Assembly: GCA_963847185.1 (NCBI GenBank)
Contig: CAWJYV010000002.1
Span: 32,001-96,000, forward strand
Reading direction: 5' to 3'
Length of the DNA: 64,000 bases
Source: an uncultured Methanosarcinaceae archaeon
GTDB taxonomy: Archaea > Halobacteriota > Methanosarcinia > Methanosarcinales > Methanosarcinaceae
Shown: one piece after another, positions 44,306-55,950 of the stretch
How positions within the stretch are numbered: position 1 is the first letter of the stretch
Layout of the letters: every line of letters begins with the position of its first letter
Program-made: the position numbers and the translations under genes
Notes under the pieces: model-generated
Database searches by the model: none
What the model was told of the DNA's origin: nothing
The model's input: only the letters and a program-made list of their open reading frames with translations

Positions 44306-44435
44306 GAGCCTATCCCAAAACCTATTTTTTTCCATATCTATAGGAATTTCATAATTACTTTCCTGATCAGTAGCTCAATTAAATATTTTTAAGTTGAGAT
44401 TCAAAGAAGTAGTTTTTGAGTTTTGGGATCAGCTC
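44306..44435. mobile_element. MITE (130 bp) with 16-bp TIRs and a TAG target-site duplication
   Basis: gagcctatcccaaaac matches the reverse complement of gttttgggatcagctc at 14 of 16 positions; tag flanks both ends (44303-44305 and 44436-44438). Confidence 0.78.
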
Positions 44436-44661
44436 TAGTTGTAATGAGAACTTAAATCTAAAAGAAGCTTGCATTAATCTTTTGTTTTCCTGAAACCTGG
44501 GGGAAAATAAAGTCAGAGATTAAATGTGATTAAACAAAAAGTAAAGAAGGAAATTAAGTAAGGAAGTAAATAAATCTCAGGTCAAGCGGTATAAATGAGA
44601 AAAATAAATGAGAAAATAGATGTTCCTGAGCCGGAAACATCCAAAATCCCACTGTATTTTT

Positions 44662-46303
44662 TCAAACTCTTCTCTTTAGCAGGAGGCCTGTAACCGTCAG
44701 AAGCCCTGCAAGAGCACAGAAGAAACCGAATCCCGGGATCGAATCATCTTCTGTACTGGCTGTCTGCGCCAAACCGGCAGATCCATTTGAATCTGATGAT
44801 CCATTTGCATCTGAGGATTGGTTTGAATTTGAGGACCCGTTTTTCTCCTGAGAAGATCCAGTTATTCCTCCTGGCTGCGTACTGTTTCCTTCCAGGGAAA
44901 TTGGTACTCCTACGTTAATAACAGAAGCGTTGGAATAGACCTCTCCTGAGTATTTATCAAGATCGATAAAACTTGCTTTGCAGGCAGGAAGCTGGATTTC
45001 TCCTTCTTCATCTATCCGCATGATGTAACTTATGGTTTTTGAACCCCCTCCACTTGCAAGGACCTGCCTGAAATCTGTCTCTCCACTTATTAGTTTAGCT
45101 TCGGAAGGTAAAGTATCGGTTACTGTTACGTTTGCATTGACATTTCCGGTATTCTGTGCCGTAAGCGTCACATTCAGCTCCTCCCCGGGACTTAGCTGCT
45201 GCTTATCAACAGTTTTTGTGACTATGATGTTAGGCCCGTAAACTTTGAAAGTTCCCGATATATTGGAGCTTATTACTCCGTTTCCTCCATTAGGAAGAGT
45301 GAAAGTAGCTACAGATGGAGGAAATGTAAATTCTCCAGGAGTTTCCGGAATGAGAATGTACTCGAAAACCTGTTCAGCCAGCTCTCCGGCTTTTAGAGAA
45401 AGCGTTTTGTTAAGTGTTGTGTTTTCCTTAAGGCGCATTCCGGAAATAATTGAATCGTTAAGTGAAATATCATCTATGTCGCAAAGCCCTCTGTTCCTTA
45501 CAGTAACTGAAACATGCACGGTTTCTCCCATATGACAATCGTTGGGAAAAGTTTTTGAGACAATAAGATTCCACATTTTTCCGACTTTTACCTTTTTGGA
45601 ACCTATATACTCATATTCCTTATCCTTTACATCCGACACATGTAATTTTTGCAGTAATGTTATATTCTGTTTCTTCCCACGGAGCAGGTGCTTCGAGTGT
45701 GAGATTGACAGGCTCAAAATCCTCACTTTTAGAGACCTTTGTATCTGTATATTCACTTTTTCCTTTAATTAATTCCATCCCTGCTGTGTCGACTGTCAAT
45801 ATAACATTTTTAGCTTTTGCATCTCCATCATTTTTAGCAGTTATTGAGACATCTATTCTGTCATTAGAATCATATTCATCTTCATCAGTTTCGACCTTTA
45901 TGTCAAAACCTGGTTCTCCTCTTATAGAAATATTAAGTTCTGCGTAAGGATTCTTATTTTGCGTCTTGAATTCCTTGTCGTCCTTGGTGATAGTCTCATA
46001 ATTAGGATCTACATCCTTGGCACAAACCTTTATCTCGTCATCATATACAAGTTCCATTCCTTCAGAAAGCGGAGAGGTCTTCAGTGTTTCTCCATTCTTT
46101 GAAATCGAAATATAAACCATGTCGTCGCTGAAGTCGTCTGCCTTTATTGTATAGTTCTCTTCTGTTACGGAATCTCCCCAATACAGTTTTACTCCACTCT
46201 GTTTCTCTACCCACTCAATATCATCTGCCGCAAGAGCAGTAGTTGAGAGGATTAAAAAGATGAAAATAGAAAGTATTGCAATCAGTGCAATCTTTTTAGC
46301 CAT
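44662..46303 (-). CDS. Cell-surface DUF11/BatD-like Ig-domain protein with a PGF-CTERM anchor; one frameshift near 45635
   Basis: Signal peptide MAKKIAL...ALA; Ig-like repeats (VTLTAQNTGN); C-terminal IPGFG-TM-KRR. The two ORFs join at ITC/DVKDKEY. Confidence 0.85.
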
Positions 46304-46725
46304 AGTTTCTCTTCCTTTTATTCTACATTTTCCATACCGGATACGGACACTGGAAGTACGCATTTTGCCTGTGCATTTTGCCTATTTTTCAATAGATAGC
46401 TTTGGACTAGCTACCTGACAGAATATTTGAAATCGTATTGCATTTTATAAATCTAAAAGTGCCTTCTTGTGTAATTTTAACTTAGGTTTTTCAAATAACT
46501 CATAAATTTTTGGTATTATTCATGGATACATTCATGGATACTTGCTAAAATATTATTTCAATACTCTATAAAGTATTTTGTATGAATATATTTTAATTTT
46601 TTCAATGTTCTGAAAAACATAATGAATTCTGGAGGCAAATTCAGGGTTGTAATTAAATGTTATAAAACCTTAATCTGGAATTTAAAACGAGAAAAATGAT
46701 TCATTCCGGATACAGGAGATTTCCC

Positions 46726-47493
46726 ATGGAACTTGCAAAAATAGTAGAAATTCTCGAAGAGATTGCACCGCCTGAACTTGCTGATAACTTTGATGAGGGC
46801 AGGATAGGATTAATCCTCGGCCTGGAAAATAATGTGGAAAGGATAGCAGTTGCCCTTGATGCTAATCCTTATGTCCTTAAGAAAGCCGCAGAAATAAGAG
46901 CAGATTTGCTGATTACTCATCACACTCTTATCTTCCATCCGATAAATAAAATTTCGAAATCTATGGCAGCTTCTCTCAAGCTTGCCCTTGATAATGGAAT
47001 ATCCCTCTATAGCATGCACACAAACTATGACAGGGCTGAAGGTGGTATTAATGATACTCTTGCAGCAAGGATAGGGCTAAAAAGTATCGAAATTTTAGAA
47101 ATAGGCAGGATAGGGGAAATAGAATCATGTTCTTCCGCTGAACTTGCAGCTCATGTCTCGAAGTGTTTGCAGACTCCTGTCATGTACGCCGGAGAAAAAG
47201 AAGGAATCAGAAGGGTGATGGTCTTTGGAGGTAGTGGCTTTAGAGAAGAATTCCTCGAAATTGCCAGAGCAAACAAGGCTGATGCTTTTGTATCTTCCGA
47301 ACTTAAACATGATATTCTCCGCAGCTATGAAGATCTCTGCCTGATTGACGCGACTCACTACGCCACAGAAAACCCTGGAATGAAGGCATTATATGCCAGG
47401 CTGCGCGAACTTACTGGCATAGAGGTTGAATTCATTGAACAGTCCTCCGGGATCAGGGCAATAGACGGTTCTTACATAAAAGAACAGGGATGA
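46726..47493 (+). CDS. Nif3/YbgI-like dinuclear metal-centre protein
   Basis: Motifs LITHHTL, MHTNYD, GGSG, SELKH and HYATE; start MELAK after aggag. Confidence 0.92.
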   Translation: MELAKIVEILEEIAPPELADNFDEGRIGLILGLENNVERIAVALDANPYVLKKAAEIRADLLITHHTLIFHPINKISKSMAASLKLALDNGISLYSMHTNYDRAEGGINDTLAARIGLKSIEILEIGRIGEIESCSSAELAAHVSKCLQTPVMYAGEKEGIRRVMVFGGSGFREEFLEIARANKADAFVSSELKHDILRSYEDLCLIDATHYATENPGMKALYARLRELTGIEVEFIEQSSGIRAIDGSYIKEQG

Positions 47494-47499
47494 AAGGGT

Positions 47500-47682
47500 A
47501 TGATAGAGAAAAGAAAGGAAGAAAAGGAAAGAGAGGAAGAAAAGATAACAAGTCACCATAAACAAGAAACAACAGGAACCGACCCTTTGGAATTGATGCT
47601 TGAAGAACAGGCAAGAAACCAGGTCCGTTCGGATTATAGGCGCAGTCTGGGCAGTGAATCTCGCAGAAGATATATGGAGTGA
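47500..47682 (+). CDS. Small charged hypothetical protein
   Basis: Starts 6 nt after the nif3 stop; Glu/Arg-rich. Confidence 0.5.
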   Translation: MIEKRKEEKEREEEKITSHHKQETTGTDPLELMLEEQARNQVRSDYRRSLGSESRRRYME

Positions 47683-47748
47683 CTCTTTTTCCAGAGTAGC
47701 TACTCTGAAATAGCTACTATTCATTCTGAGTACGCAGTTTTTCATTGT

Positions 47749-48591
47749 TTATTCCGGATAAGTCTCACCTACAATTTTACTTCCAAGTTTATCAACTCTG
47801 CTTCTGGCATTTATTTCGGCTTCATTCAAACATTTTTCAATATGGTTTTCAATGACATGTATTTCTCCTGGCGCTGACATTGAGGACATAATTATATCCA
47901 GATATTTGTGCTCTTTAAGAACCAAAAAAGTTGCCGGAAAATTAATATCAAAAATCCAGCTCAGACGAAGAAGCTTTACGTCGTTCTGGTTCCTAACGTC
48001 TTCGATTTTTGCCATTCTGTTATTCAGGATATCGTTAATTATGGATCCAGAGCATCCCGGGGTTTCAGGCAGATCGAAGTCGATGGCAGGATTCCTTTCT
48101 TTTTCCGTGTAATCCTCACATATAAGCTTAAGAATATCCAGTTTATCTGCATCTCGGATTAGTTTTGAATAAAAAAGCTGTTCTTTCGAATTTTCAGCAT
48201 ATTCAGGAATTTCCATAAGATTGTGATATTCCACAGCTTTCAGGATAAGATTTTTTTCAGTTAGGGGAAGTCGGGAAAGAATTCCTGTTCTTTTTAAAAT
48301 TTTTACTCCAAGAAGAGCATGATTTTCGGACGCCGAGTCTTTAAATGTTTTATATTTTGCAAACTGTTCAAAGCGCCCCAGGTCATGAAACAGAGCTATT
48401 GTTGCGGCGAGCCTGCACTCTTCCTCCCCTCTTTTTTCAGTTTTTGCAAGTAGAAGGATATTTTCACAAACTCTTTCCGTATGCTCAATTTTCAGCTTAA
48501 TGTTATCCTGGATAAAGGAGTCTGGAGAAGAGAACTGAGCTACATAGTCCAGAAACCATTTTCTGAAAAAATCCAGATCTTCTTTCTGCAT
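47749..48591 (-). CDS. HD-domain metal-dependent phosphohydrolase
   Basis: Motifs KIEHTERV, LFHDLGRFEQ, NHALLG, YHN and RDADKLDI. Confidence 0.9.
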   Translation of the reverse strand: MQKEDLDFFRKWFLDYVAQFSSPDSFIQDNIKLKIEHTERVCENILLLAKTEKRGEEECRLAATIALFHDLGRFEQFAKYKTFKDSASENHALLGVKILKRTGILSRLPLTEKNLILKAVEYHNLMEIPEYAENSKEQLFYSKLIRDADKLDILKLICEDYTEKERNPAIDFDLPETPGCSGSIINDILNNRMAKIEDVRNQNDVKLLRLSWIFDINFPATFLVLKEHKYLDIIMSSMSAPGEIHVIENHIEKCLNEAEINARSRVDKLGSKIVGETYPE

Positions 48592-49054
48592 ATTTTCGCA
48601 ATAGGAACTTCAAACTATAATACTTTGCGTACAAATGAAGCTTATAGATTTAATTTAACTCTAATTTACGAGTATTTCTTAACTTTGGAGTTACAGCAAC
48701 ATTGGTAATTTTATTATCCTTTTATATAGTATTTTCTTACCATGAATTTTTAGACATGTAACACTAATATACTATTACGTAATTATAATGAAAGATCTGA
48801 TGATTTTTAAGAAACTGCATAAATTATATATGTAAGGAACACCCTCAAATTATGTTAGAAGACAGCATGGAAAAATCGATATAACAGTTATAATTATTTG
48901 ATATATGGGCAAAAGGAATTTATTTAGTGAATAATATTCTCTGAATGTTCCCAGTTAAGTGGTCAGGGAGATATTTAGTATAACATTGACTGTAAATTTA
49001 AAACTCTTTGTGAGAAATTTTCGTAGGAACTCATTAGAGTAAACGGGGTATTTA

Positions 49055-52000
49055 ATGAGCTCAACTAAAAAAACTAGTTTAATTGCTAATTTATTCGTCC
49101 ACATTGCTTTCTTAATATGTATTTTTTCAAGTTTTTTACCTGTGGCAGGAGCTATTGCAAACGAAGGATTGGTAATAGGAGATAACGGGACTTTTAATGT
49201 ACTCGATCTTGATGAGGCAATGGGAGAAAATGTGACCTCTGATTTACCAAGTCTTGATGAAGTACTAGCACAGGATCCTGTTTCTGTATCGGGTCTGATA
49301 GATAAAGGCAATTCTCTATATTTCCTGAGAGACTATGACTCATCCATAGGCTGCTATGACGAAGCACTTGAGATAGATTCCAATTCCTCAAAAGCCTGGT
49401 ATGGAAAAGGATGTTCTCTGGCAGAATTAAGAAAACACGAAGATGCAATTAATTCTTATGATAAAGCTCTTGAGACCTTTCCAGCTTCATCTGAGAACTG
49501 GTTTAATAGAGGCAATGAGTTTTATGACCTGAATAAGTATGTGGAGGCTATTAATTGTTATGATAAAAGCCTCACTGAAGACGAATATCTTTCTACAGTA
49601 TGGTTCCGAAAAGCTCGCTCTTTTGAGCAGCTTAATCAAAACCAGGAAGCTCTAACTTCTTATGAAAGAGCTATTGAACTGAGCTCTAATTCTTCTAGTG
49701 CTTTACATCAGAAAGGTATGGCTTATACCAGACTTGAAAAGTATGAAGAGGCAATGAGATGTTTTGACAGAGCCCTTAACATGACTCCTGATGACTATGA
49801 CCTATGGTACCAGAAAGGAGTTATTTTTGATAAGGCCTCAGAGTATGAAACTGCAATAGCTTGTTATGATAAGGCTGTCTCTTATAATCCTGATATGACA
49901 GAAGCCTGGTACAACAAAGGTTTAGACTTTGAGAATATTGGAATGTATCAGGAGGCTCTGACATGTTATGAGTCTGTTCTAATTTCAGGCCCTGAAAATC
50001 TTGGTGCTCTGCAGAGAAAAGGCTCATGCCTTGAGAAGTTGGGAAGAGACGAAGAAGCTCTCCAATGCTATGATCAGGTCCTGAATTATAGCCCTGATAA
50101 CAAAGAGGTATGGTATAGCAAAGGCCGCCTGCTTAATAAGATCGGAAACTACGATGCTGCAATAACCTGTTATGACAGAGCACTTAACCCGGATGCAGGA
50201 ATTATACTGGAAGACATAGACAGTGGCCTGCTTGAAAATCTTCAAGCTTACGAATCCACACTTCCTTCTTACCCCGAAGGACCTGAGTTTAAGTCTCCTG
50301 CGGTTAAGATCTGGTACGATAAAGGGCTGGCATTTGATAAGCTTCAAAACTACGAAGCTGCGCTTGAATGTTATAACAGTGTTACTAAAAACGAATCCGA
50401 ACATGCTGTAGTCTGGTATATTAAAGGGCTTGACCTTGACAGACTTGGAAGATACACGGAAGCTGCGGAGTGCTATGATAAAGCTCTGAATCTAAACTCT
50501 TCATATGCTAAAGTATGGTACAAGAAAGGCTCCGATTATTCAAAAGTTAATGATTATAAAGATGCAGTAAAAAGCTATGACGAAGCCCTTGCTATTGACG
50601 AAAATTATACACTTGCATGGTATGGTAAGGCTTTTGCCCTGGCAAAGATGGGAGAATACGAAGAAGCTCTTGAATGTTACGACAGAGTTCTTATCGTTGC
50701 TCCCTACAGTGCTGAGATCTGGTACAACAAAGGCCTTATTCTTGATCAACTCGAGAAGCCTGAAGAAGCTTCTCAATGCTATAACCAGGCTCTCGTAAGC
50801 AATTCTTCATTTTCCGCTGCTCGTTTCAAGCTGAGCAAAAACACGGATCTTATGTCAACAGAATCTTCATCCCAGCCAGTTGCAAATGATAGCTTTAATG
50901 TCAGTTCGTTAAGGTCACTTTCAGGAGCTTTCTTGCCTTATCTCCTGGACTATGAATATGCTAGCTCAGAAAACCATCCAGACATCTTCAAAAATCTGAA
51001 CTCCTTTGGTCCGGAATTCGGTTATGATGCAGCATGGTATGGGAAAGCTTCGGTATATAGTAAACTCGGAATGTACGAGGATTCCCTTACTTCTTATAAT
51101 ATGGCCCTTTCAATTAATCCTTCACGCAGTGAAGCCTGGTATGAAAAGGGCTCGACACTTGACAGGCTTGGAAGGAGCGAGGAAGCTTTAGAATGTTACA
51201 AGAAAGCTCTGGATCTCGACCCTCAGTCAAGCAGTGCATGGAATGGGATAGCGTCTACTGCAAGCGATCTTGGAAGATCTGAAGAGGCAGTTGGTTACTA
51301 TGATCAGATGCTTGCTCTTAACGCCAGCAATACCGAGGCGCTTTATGGAAAAGGCCTTGCCCTTTCAAATCTTGGAAGATATGATGAGGCTGTCTCCTGC
51401 TTCAGCACTCTCCTTAACTTAGAGCCCGAAAATATTGAGGCTCTTGAAAATAGAGCGCTTGCTCTGACAAAAGCAGGAAAATTCGAAGAAGCACTGACAG
51501 ACTACGATAAAATCCTGGAGCTCCAGCCTGACAATTCACAGGTCCTGGCTGAGAAAGCATCTTTATTTGAAGTGCTTGGAAGATATCAGGAGGCAGCTGC
51601 AAGTTATGAGAAGCTGCTTGAAATTTCTCCAGATAACAGAGAGATAATTTACAGGCAGGGGAAAGCTCTGGAACAAATGGGGGATTTCGAGGCAGCAATA
51701 GGCTGTTACGACAGGATTCTCGAGCTGGACCCGGCGAATATTGATGCTCTTAATAACAAAGGCTTTGCGCTCTCAAAACTGGAGAGATATCAGGAGGCTA
51801 TTGATAACTATAATAAAGCCCTCGAATATGACCCTAATAACGCTGCAGCCTGGTATCTCAAGGGATGTACATATTTCACAATAAAGAGTGATAAAACCGC
51901 CCTAGAGTGTTTCGACAAAGTGATAGAGCTTAAATCTGACTGCATAACGGCCTGGTATAACAAGGGATATATCAATAACGTAATGGGAGACGTTAACGCG

Positions 52001-52576
52001 TCAATCGAATGTTATAATAATGCCCTTGTAATAAACCCCAATGCACCCTCTGCCCTTTATAATAAGCGCTTTGCCCTCTACGCCATAAAGGATTTCGAAG
52101 GAGCTGAATCATGCAAGGTACAGCTCGATTCGGTTGATCCTGGCTTTGTGGAAGCCCTGGAAAAGAGAGGCACTAAATTCTTTATACCCAATACATATAG
52201 AGGCACACTGGATTATTCTCTACCCGCAAGATGGTATGGAGGAGAGGAAGTCTCCTCTGAGAACCTTAGCCTGAACATGACAAATGAGAACGTGACAAAT
52301 GTCCCTCAGCAACCAGAGACTAACTGGGAGTCCTATGAGAATCAGGAAAATAATAGTTCAGAGTATTATCCAGACTCTTACGAAGTCGATTCCGAAGCAG
52401 AAGGAAATATCGACAGCGGGTATTGGGATGATGTTCCAGAATCTAATGAGAGTCAAAACGAAACCGGGGAGTATACTGCCGGATCTGAGGAATATCAGGA
52501 TGAGGGATATACTGATGACTTTGATTCTCAAAACGAAACCGAAAACTGGTCTGTTCCGGAGCCCGATGAAGTCTAA
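49055..52576 (+). CDS. Secreted or membrane-anchored TPR-repeat protein with an acidic tail
   Basis: N-terminal signal-like segment, more than 20 TPR units of type WYxKG...A..CYD.AL, and an Asp/Glu-rich C-terminus. Confidence 0.9.
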   Translation: MSSTKKTSLIANLFVHIAFLICIFSSFLPVAGAIANEGLVIGDNGTFNVLDLDEAMGENVTSDLPSLDEVLAQDPVSVSGLIDKGNSLYFLRDYDSSIGCYDEALEIDSNSSKAWYGKGCSLAELRKHEDAINSYDKALETFPASSENWFNRGNEFYDLNKYVEAINCYDKSLTEDEYLSTVWFRKARSFEQLNQNQEALTSYERAIELSSNSSSALHQKGMAYTRLEKYEEAMRCFDRALNMTPDDYDLWYQKGVIFDKASEYETAIACYDKAVSYNPDMTEAWYNKGLDFENIGMYQEALTCYESVLISGPENLGALQRKGSCLEKLGRDEEALQCYDQVLNYSPDNKEVWYSKGRLLNKIGNYDAAITCYDRALNPDAGIILEDIDSGLLENLQAYESTLPSYPEGPEFKSPAVKIWYDKGLAFDKLQNYEAALECYNSVTKNESEHAVVWYIKGLDLDRLGRYTEAAECYDKALNLNSSYAKVWYKKGSDYSKVNDYKDAVKSYDEALAIDENYTLAWYGKAFALAKMGEYEEALECYDRVLIVAPYSAEIWYNKGLILDQLEKPEEASQCYNQALVSNSSFSAARFKLSKNTDLMSTESSSQPVANDSFNVSSLRSLSGAFLPYLLDYEYASSENHPDIFKNLNSFGPEFGYDAAWYGKASVYSKLGMYEDSLTSYNMALSINPSRSEAWYEKGSTLDRLGRSEEALECYKKALDLDPQSSSAWNGIASTASDLGRSEEAVGYYDQMLALNASNTEALYGKGLALSNLGRYDEAVSCFSTLLNLEPENIEALENRALALTKAGKFEEALTDYDKILELQPDNSQVLAEKASLFEVLGRYQEAAASYEKLLEISPDNREIIYRQGKALEQMGDFEAAIGCYDRILELDPANIDALNNKGFALSKLERYQEAIDNYNKALEYDPNNAAAWYLKGCTYFTIKSDKTALECFDKVIELKSDCITAWYNKGYINNVMGDVNASIECYNNALVINPNAPSALYNKRFALYAIKDFEGAESCKVQLDSVDPGFVEALEKRGTKFFIPNTYRGTLDYSLPARWYGGEEVSSENLSLNMTNENVTNVPQQPETNWESYENQENNSSEYYPDSYEVDSEAEGNIDSGYWDDVPESNESQNETGEYTAGSEEYQDEGYTDDFDSQNETENWSVPEPDEV

Positions 52577-53088
52577 GATTTGTAGAGCTAAAAAGTAAAA
52601 ATTTTTCCGATATGCACTCTAGAATGCATATCGATCTATTTTTCTGAACAATTGAGACAAAACATTATGCTGTTATTTTTATAGATGTGGCATATGTTGT
52701 TTTGCAAGGTCCGTTATTTTCTTGAAATCTCTTTTTTACAGGGTCTCCAGACAAGTTGACGGAGACTTTTCGGTTGATTAACCCAGTATTATCCATTGTC
52801 TTGGTATTGTAAACTGAACACAATATCATAGATTGAATATATTTCCTGATTTATACAGATTTACTAAAAATATTATTACAGTTGTTAGATTTTTATGGCG
52901 AATAATCATGATGAATTTGTGCCATTGGACACTGGAAATTTGAGAAGTCCGCTTAATTTTTTTAATTTGGAACGGATGAGCTCAGCATTTTAGTTCAGTT
53001 TCAGGATTGTTTTCTATAATTGCCGGCTTTTTTATGCTTTTGGGCTTTTTGAGGACAAAAATTCCTTTTTCTGAAAGCTTTAAACCAC

Positions 53089-54318
53089 ATGATGCCTTTA
53101 CCATTATTATCCATGACAGGCAAATCTAATGATACCGAAAAAAGAATTGAGACAGACGTAGTTATAGTCCGCTATGGAGAACTTGCCCTTAAGAGTACAG
53201 GGGTTAGAAACTGGTATGAAAAAATCCTTGTGAAAAATATCTCCTCCATGCTGGATTCCAGAAATATCCCTTACTCCCAGATAAGGCGTGAATGGGGCAG
53301 AATATTTATTGAAACTGCTGATTATCACGCTGCTGAAGCGGCAGCTGACGTTTTTGGAGTTGTTTCAGCTTCTCCGGCGTTAATGTCAGAGTCCAGCCTT
53401 GAGGATGCAGCCAGAGTGTGCGCCTCTCTAGCTCAAGACCTTGTTCAGGAGGGCGAATCCTTTGCTATCAGGGCAAGAAGGAGCGGAAATCATCCTTTTT
53501 CTTCAGCAGACATTGGTAAAGCCTGTGGAGATGCAGTCTGGAGTATACTGGAGGAAGGAGGAAAACGCCCCGGAGTTAACCTGAGTTTTCCTGACAAAGA
53601 GATTTTCGTCGAAATGCGGCAAAAAATGGCTTATATTTATTTGGAGACGTTTAAAGGAGTCGGAGGGCTCCCCCTTGGGACACAGGGCATTATGGTAGTT
53701 CTAATGTCAGGTGGGCTCGACTCCCCTGTTGCAGCCTGGTTAATGATGAAGCGCGGGGTTATGATTATCCCGATCTACTGTAACAATTCTCCTTATTCTG
53801 AGAATGCAGCAAGAGAACGTGCCTTTGATTGCATTCGACAGCTCCAGAAATGGGCTCCTGGATATCAGTTCACTACTTATGAGATTCCTCATGGTCCTAA
53901 CCTTCAATCTTTCATTGCTTCATGCAATCGGAAAAATACCTGTCTTCTCTGCAAACGCATGATGTACAGAGAGGCCTACGAAGTTATGAAAACGGAGGAA
54001 GCAAGTGGAATTATAACAGGTTCCTCTCTTGGACAGGTTGCTTCTCAGACTGCTGCTAACATGCATGCCGAGATTTATCAGCTTGCTATCCCTATTTATC
54101 ACCCTTTGATTGCCTTTGACAAAACCGAAATCATGGATCTTGCGAGAAAAATCGGAACCTACGAAATTTCCAATCGTCCGGCAGGCACCTGTGCTGCAGT
54201 TCCGGAACGTCCCGAAATAGGGGCAAGTTACGACCTCATAGTACTTGAAGAAAAAAAGATGGATATCGAAAATATGGTTTCCAGTGCTTTAAAAGCTGCA
54301 AAAATTCTTAAACTCTGA
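53089..54318 (+). CDS. thiI: tRNA 4-thiouridine synthase
   Basis: Motifs VRYGELALKS, THUMP domain, GGLPLG, PP-loop SGGLDS, CLLCKR and GQVASQT. Confidence 0.95.
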   Translation: MMPLPLLSMTGKSNDTEKRIETDVVIVRYGELALKSTGVRNWYEKILVKNISSMLDSRNIPYSQIRREWGRIFIETADYHAAEAAADVFGVVSASPALMSESSLEDAARVCASLAQDLVQEGESFAIRARRSGNHPFSSADIGKACGDAVWSILEEGGKRPGVNLSFPDKEIFVEMRQKMAYIYLETFKGVGGLPLGTQGIMVVLMSGGLDSPVAAWLMMKRGVMIIPIYCNNSPYSENAARERAFDCIRQLQKWAPGYQFTTYEIPHGPNLQSFIASCNRKNTCLLCKRMMYREAYEVMKTEEASGIITGSSLGQVASQTAANMHAEIYQLAIPIYHPLIAFDKTEIMDLARKIGTYEISNRPAGTCAAVPERPEIGASYDLIVLEEKKMDIENMVSSALKAAKILKL

Positions 54319-54477
54319 GAAAAACTGAAGTTTTTCTCTCAGTTTTATTTCTAACTTGTCAAAAACTTTAAATTTGTCAAAACTTTAAATTTGTCAAAAT
54401 AAACAGACCACTATCTTTCGGTTACTCTCCAAAAGGATATCGATCATTAAATCGATACACTTCTGCTTTCTGAAAAG

Positions 54478-54900
54478 TTATTGCTTATTTGCGTTTTCAT
54501 TAGTATTTTCATTATCTCTTCTTTCGGCTCTATGTTTATGGAGAGCCATTTCTATATTACTGTGCAGATCTTCTTCCTTAAAAGGTTTTGAGATATATCC
54601 TGCAGGTTCTGTTGTTTTTGCCCTCTCTAGAGTCTCATCATCAGTATAGGCAGTCAGATAGAGGACTGGAATTCTAAGTCGGTTTTTAATCTCACGGGCA
54701 GCCTCAATTCCATCCATGTCCCCTTTTAACATGATATCCATCAGAACAAGGTCTGCATTCGTAAGCTCTGCTTTTCTTATAGCTTCCTCACCGGTAGATG
54801 CGGTACCAGGCACAGTGTAGCCAAGATTTTTCAATTTATTCCTTATATTAAGAGCCACAATATTCTGGTCTTCGACAACCAGAATTTTTGCTTTTTTCAT
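54478..54900 (-). CDS. Stand-alone response regulator receiver protein
   Basis: Motifs ILVVED, LVLMDI, DGIEAA, LTAY and KPF. Confidence 0.93.
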   Translation of the reverse strand: MKKAKILVVEDQNIVALNIRNKLKNLGYTVPGTASTGEEAIRKAELTNADLVLMDIMLKGDMDGIEAAREIKNRLRIPVLYLTAYTDDETLERAKTTEPAGYISKPFKEEDLHSNIEMALHKHRAERRDNENTNENANKQ

Positions 54901-54917
54901 TGTATCTCCCCTTGATA

Positions 54918-55950
54918 TTAGATATCCATTTCCGGATAATTAGTTGTTTTCCTTAAATAGATTTTGAAAGCTGTTCCTGAACTTTTTTCAAGTAAGGTTG
55001 TACCTTTCAGTTGCTCAATAAGAATATTTACGAGTTGCAGGCCCACAGAGCTTGTATTCCTGAGATCAATTTTTCCGGAAAACCCAACCCATTGTCCGAA
55101 ACTACCAGTCAATATTGAGTACTTTTGTCAACTGAGCTCTTAAAACCAATATTATTGGTAATATTACTTATATTTTTATTGACATTACTTCCCTCGTTTT
55201 TGGAGAGTTATACGAATTTCCCCTTTTCTTCCTGGAGGAAATGCATGTTTCGGAGAGTTGGATACGAGTTAATTGATAATTATTCTTAAAGGCACTGCTG
55301 TATCCATCTACAGAGAAACCTCTACGAGATCAAGTTACATCCTGACATCACCTTCTTTGACAGTATGAGGCCAAAAAAGGTCTGTTGCCAGTTCTTTTTA
55401 TCTGGCCGTGCATAGATTGCAACCTACAAAATTCTCTTTTGTCGCTATATCCGAGGCTTCTGGATAATTTCGCGAATCCACCTTACTTTTCCATACTCTG
55501 TTTTATACGGTATTCATACTCTATAAGCAGTGGAGGATCATTTATTAGTCTACCCCCTATTTTCAAAAAGTCTTTTCCTGTTTTCAGGAAGGAAAATCTG
55601 ATGCCAATCTATCCTTCCATAAATGAGGCCCTTCTGCTTTGGATCCTGTTATTTCCCCCACACTCCCGCCAACAGAAATTGGGGTAGAATCGAATTCCAT
55701 CTGGAGGGCAATTATCCTGGAATTTTTCATAAACTACTTCTCTGCATGGGTTGCGAAAATAAAAGGGAAAAAGAGGTTACATAGAATAGGAAGTTGTGAG
55801 ATAAATAGGAAGTATAAGAAAGAAAAGTCATCAATGCTACCTGGAGAGTAACACAAAATAAATCTTTTTTCGGGGCTTGAAAAGAAATTACATGGGATTT
55901 TTGTGGCCAGAGGAACAATAACCTCTGGCCATCTGAGGGGGTTATTCTAG
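54918..55950 (-). pseudogene. Decayed sensor histidine kinase (HisKA_2/HATPase type)
   Basis: Minus-strand fragments MDTAVPLRIIIN*LVSNSPKHAFPPGRKGEIRI and GVGF...LRNTSSVGLQLVNILIEQLKG...GTAFKI, with multiple stops and frameshifts. Confidence 0.7.

Noticed and set aside
54355-54399. Short ttgtcaaaactttaaat tandem repeats after thiI
   Set aside because: An ordinary slippage-type repeat between convergent genes with no sign of function.
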